Below are positions 59,641-64,000 of a stretch of DNA of 64,000 bases, piece after piece. The stretch's first letter is position 1. The number at the start of each line of letters is the position of its first letter. The notes beneath the pieces are model-generated. The model did no database searches and was not told where the DNA came from. It saw only the letters and a list, made by a program, of their open reading frames with translations. The position numbers were made by a program, and so were the translations under genes. Location of the stretch: the NCBI RefSeq assembly GCF_963921235.1, contig NC_086109.1, forward strand, positions 9,116,001-9,180,000, given 5' to 3'. This DNA is from Mobula hypostoma. Taxonomy: Eukaryota.

Positions 59641-61659
59641 GGTCTGGAACCACCCTCCACCCGAAACAGGAACCGACTTGCTTGCCCTAAACTAGGTTAT
59701 TTTAAATGCTAATCACTCTGCTCCCGTTCCAACTGTTAACCAGAGAGCTGGGTTTATCAGCCTGCTATCAAACCTTCATAAATCCCTATGTCAACCTACT
59801 GTCATTAAACACTGTTTGTACTTGTGGCTCCTTGCTTGACCTACAGTAGCATCAGTAATCAATTAGCCTGAGGGTAACGGAGCGATCGAGGAAGGCTAGT
59901 CCTTTCATCATGGTGCAATGGTTAATACTCACTGGAGTTTAGGGGAATGAGAGGAAGATCTCATCGAAACCTATCGTATATTGCGCGGTCTAAATAGAGT
60001 GGGCGTGCAGAGAGGATGTTTCCTAAAGTGGGAGAGTCTAGGACCAGATGGCATAGCCACTGTTCCCTCTAATCTGTGAGGAACAGTGTGCGCAAAAATC
60101 TTGTGCTGTGCAATTTTTTGCCCAGTGACAGCAACATGTGCTCACTGAACAATTTCTTCAATAAAAACAGTATAAATAAACCAGTTCTAAAATCTGCAGA
60201 CAAATCATCGCAAACTCCACGTTGTCAACACCGTCTGCATCAGAAACGGGAAAAGGAAATGTGATTGCGTGCAATCATGAAATATACTTAACATGCCAAC
60301 GAGGGAGAGGGTGACAACCTTTACTGTGCAGTTTAAATTCCTTTATGCGCACACCTTAGAGAGCGCTTTTAATAAAAGGTTGTTCCTTTAGAACAGAAAT
60401 GAGGAAGTATTTCCTTCACCAGACGGTGGTGAATCTGTGGAATTCATTATCACAGAGATGGCTGTGCAGGTCAAATCACTGCGTATATTTAAAGTGAAGG
60501 TTCTTGATTAGCAAGGGTGGCAAAGGTTATGGGGAGAAGGTAGGAGAATGGGGTTGAGAGGGAAAATCAGCCATGATGGAATGGTGCAGCAGACTCGATG
60601 GGCTGAATGGCCTATTTCTGCTCCAATATATTACTGCTTTTCAGCTCCAGTGTCGCCGGTTCGATCCTGAACCTGTGTGGGTGTGTGAGAACCTTTCGTG
60701 TTACCTCCATGACCATTACATCCTTTGGGTTCTCCAGTTTCAACCCAAAGATATACTGGGAGGTTAATTAGCCCTTAGTGGGAGCAGTTGGCAAAAGTAT
60801 AAAAGGGGAGTTGGCATTGGTGTATTATTGTCATATATACCAAGATATGTGCAGCCACTTCCTGCTACACTGCTTCAAGAGACGGGCTAAACCAGATCAG
60901 GGGTGCCAGTGGGTCTCATACCTTGGTAAACCAGCAACCCACGGACTGAGCAGGTGAGATCTACCATGAGATCCAACAGCCAGGAAGGAAATTCTGCAGC
61001 GCTCTGCGGAGAGCAAAGGGCATGACAAGACACAGAAGTAGCCTCGGACATCCACTGCAACCGAGGAAGACTCCAGTTTGTGATGACTGCTCATACCACT
61101 GGTGTCCAGGGGCTTCCAAGGTCGAGAGAGCAGAACTGACCCAGTGCAATGACTTGTCCACTTTAAAAACTCTCCCACGTAGAATCCTCTGTCATTGTTG
61201 GACACGACGAACAACTGGTCACCAAAATACTGTGAAAGGCTTGACTTGCATTCTGTTTACACAGATCGAATAACTACACAGTGGATTGAATTACAAAAAG
61301 GTAAAACAATAACAATGCAGAATAAATCTGCCAAAGTGCAGGTGAACGGTAAAGTGCAAGATGTTAATGAGGTAGATTATGAGGCCAAGAGTCCATCTTA
61401 TCAGACAAGAGATGCTTTGAAGAGTCTGATAATGGTGGGGTAGAAGCTGTCCTTGAGCCTAGTGGTATGAGCTCTCAGGCCTTTTTTTCTGCCTGATGGA
61501 AGAAAGGCGAAGAACGATGTCCGAGGTGGCTGGACCTTTGATTACACTGTTTGCTTTACTGAGGAAGTGAGAAGTATATTTAGAAGTATTGTATGGAGCC
61601 CGCAGAACGTCACTGTGGTTCACCAGCACCATCTTGAGCAGATTTCAGGGCATTTAGTG

Positions 61660-62310
61660 CAAAGGTTCAACATGACACCTAAAAGTTTGACAAACATCTA
61701 TAGATGCATGGTGGGAGAGTATATTGACTGGCTGCATCACAGCCTGCTATAGAAGCACCAATGCCCTTGAATGGAAAATCCTACAAGGAGTAGTGGATAT
61801 GTCCCAGTCCAATATGGGTAAAGCCTCAACATGGAGCATTGTTGCAGGAAAACAGCATCCATCATCAGGGCCTCCCCACCACCCAGAACAGGCTCTTTTC
61901 TCACTGCTACTGTCAGGAAGGAGATACAGGAGCCTCAGGACTCACACCACCAGGCTCAGGAACGGTTATTACCCCTCAACCATCAGGCTGTTGAACCAAA
62001 AGGGATAACTTCTCTTGCCCCATCACTGAATTGTTCCCACAATCTATGAACGCACTTTCAAGGTCTCTTCATCTCATGTTCTTGATATTTTTTGCTTATT
62101 TATTATTATTATTTCTTCTCTCTTTTTCCATCTGCACCGTTTGTTGACTTTTGCCCAGTGGTTGAACGCCCAGTTGGTGCGGTCTTTCATTGATCCGATT
62201 AGGGTTATTATTGTATTATGGATTTATTGAGTATGCCCACAAGAAAATTAATCTCAGGGTTGTATGGTGACCTATATGTACTTTGATAATAAATTTACTT
62301 TGAACTTCAA
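61660..62310 (+). mobile_element. Rex1/Babar 3' fragment with tail
   Basis: TGCITACY...[30 protein letters not shown]; tail TTTGAACT. Similar copies at 36378-36810 and 43920-44250. Confidence 0.8.
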
Positions 62311-64000
62311 AGTATAGACAAGAGGCCATAGAGGGGAGTTGACGGACGTGTGAGAGAGAACAAGGTGCAGACATACAGAGAAATAAGTAGAGAGGAAATG
62401 GGAATGATGGGATTGCACTGCTAAGGACTGGTATGGACCTGATGGGCTGAAGGGTCTCTTATCAAAAAGAAAGTAAATAATATCTATTTTGTGTTAACCA
62501 AGAGCTATTACAAATGGTGTTTGGGATCAAGGGGCTTTTGGCTCATTGGAAATGACCAAAGTTCGAAGTTCAAAGTGCATTTATTATCAAAGTATGTATA
62601 CACTATACAATCTTGAGATTCATCTCCTTACAGGCAGCCACGAAACAGAGAAACCCAATAGATCCCATTAAAAAAAGGCCGCCAAACACCCAATGTGCAG
62701 AGAAAAAAATACAAATTGTGCAAACAATAAAGATAAGCAAATAACATTCAGAACTGAAGCTCGTGAAAGTGAGTCCACAGCCTCCAAGCCAGTCACAGGT
62801 GATTCAGGAGCCCGTTAGTTGCAGTTCACAGCCTCAGTTCAGCGCAGAGACAAGACAACCTTGTGGAGGAGAGGCCTGAACTGGTCCGTCCATCTCCTCC
62901 AGCCTCAACACCCTGACCTTTTCAATACAGCCTGGTGCTTAAATCTGCTGAACCTCGATCCTTCCTCGGTCTCGAACCAGGGCCCTTCTGCTTCAATACA
63001 CTCTCAAGCACTGCCTCCCCCCACCTAGATTTGAACCAGCACTTAAATTGGTCAAAAATTGGGTCTTTCCTTGCTCTCCAGCCCAGTACGGTCATCTTGA
63101 TTCTGCCACGCTGCATCAAATTGCCTCGAAGTCTGATCCAGCAATGGCCAAACACAACTGGTTTATGACTGTCACATGTACCAAGGTAACAGTGAAAAGA
63201 TTTGCTTGTGTGTCATCCAGACAGATAATTCCAAACATACGTAAGTACTTTGCGGGAGCCCATAAGGGAAAAAATATCAGAGTGCAGAATATAGAGACAC
63301 TGTCCGAGAGAAAGCGCAGGTAGACAAATCAATGCAAGGGCCCTGAAGTAGACTGAGAGATTAGAGGTTCATCTCTATTATAGAAGCCGTCCTCTCAGGA
63401 AACCCAGGCTGTCCCCGAGCCTGCCGGTAAGTGTTCCCAGGCGTTTGTACCTTCTACTCTACGGCGGTGGGTTCTCGCTCTCGCAACTGACCGAGTGGCT
63501 TGGAAGACGTGCGCCTTGAGGGCGCGGCCCTGTGGCCAACCCGATTCCTTGCCAATGTCGCCAAGTGAAGTGTCGGGTGAGATTGAACCATCGAGACAGC
63601 GGGCACGGCTGTTGGAGGCCTCTACACTCTCTCTCCCTCGATAGCAAGCGAGAGCCTGCTGGTTCTCGAGACGGGGAACTCGAATAAGCAACGCTCCAGA
63701 TCGTAACATCGAAACTGGCCTCTTAGTGATAGAGAGCCTGTTTGTGATGTCAAAGTGTTAGCATGGACAGTAGTTTTGGACGGACTCTAGATTGTGGTCT
63801 CTGGGGGCTTTGCTATTGCTTGCATGGTGGTGGTGGGGGGGGGTGATGCTTTTGCTGGAGAAAGTGGGTGGGTTAATCCTTTTGCGGCTACTTTTGTGTG
63901 GGGCAGGGGAGGGAGCTTTGGGGTTTTAACATTTTTCTGTCATTCATTCTTTGGGCTTTTTTCTCTCTGTTTTGAGGATGTCTGTGAAGAGTAAGAATTT

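Overview
Vertebrate genomic DNA. The repeat content (CR1/HER1-type, Rex1/Babar, Penelope, V-SINEs) suggests a cartilaginous fish, probably a ray; this is inference. Two intron-rich genes converge tail-to-tail. (1) On the minus strand is a complete Prickle-family planar-cell-polarity gene with 7 coding exons, 55235->29469. All splice phases are consistent and give a 2595-nt CDS (864 aa) with PET, 3 LIM domains, the [11 protein letters not shown] motif and a CaaX box (CTIA). Diagnostic residues point to Prickle4 rather than Prickle1/2. (2) On the plus strand is the 3' part of a divergent periphilin-1-like gene (HUSH-complex subunit family) with exons at about 7950, 12575, 20143 and 24901-25092. 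This mirrors the human PPHLN1-PRICKLE1 arrangement, but both genes look like paralogs, suggesting a retained second periphilin. The introns are packed with decayed transposons. Notable extras: a 33-bp minisatellite built from a splice donor, Penelope-derived palindromic elements carrying minimal hammerhead-ribozyme motifs, an R4/Dong endonuclease fragment in a TAA repeat, a nested Tc1/hAT/LINE stack, a local inverted duplication and a 2-kb polypyrimidine tract. Protein comparisons are from memory of the families, not database searches.
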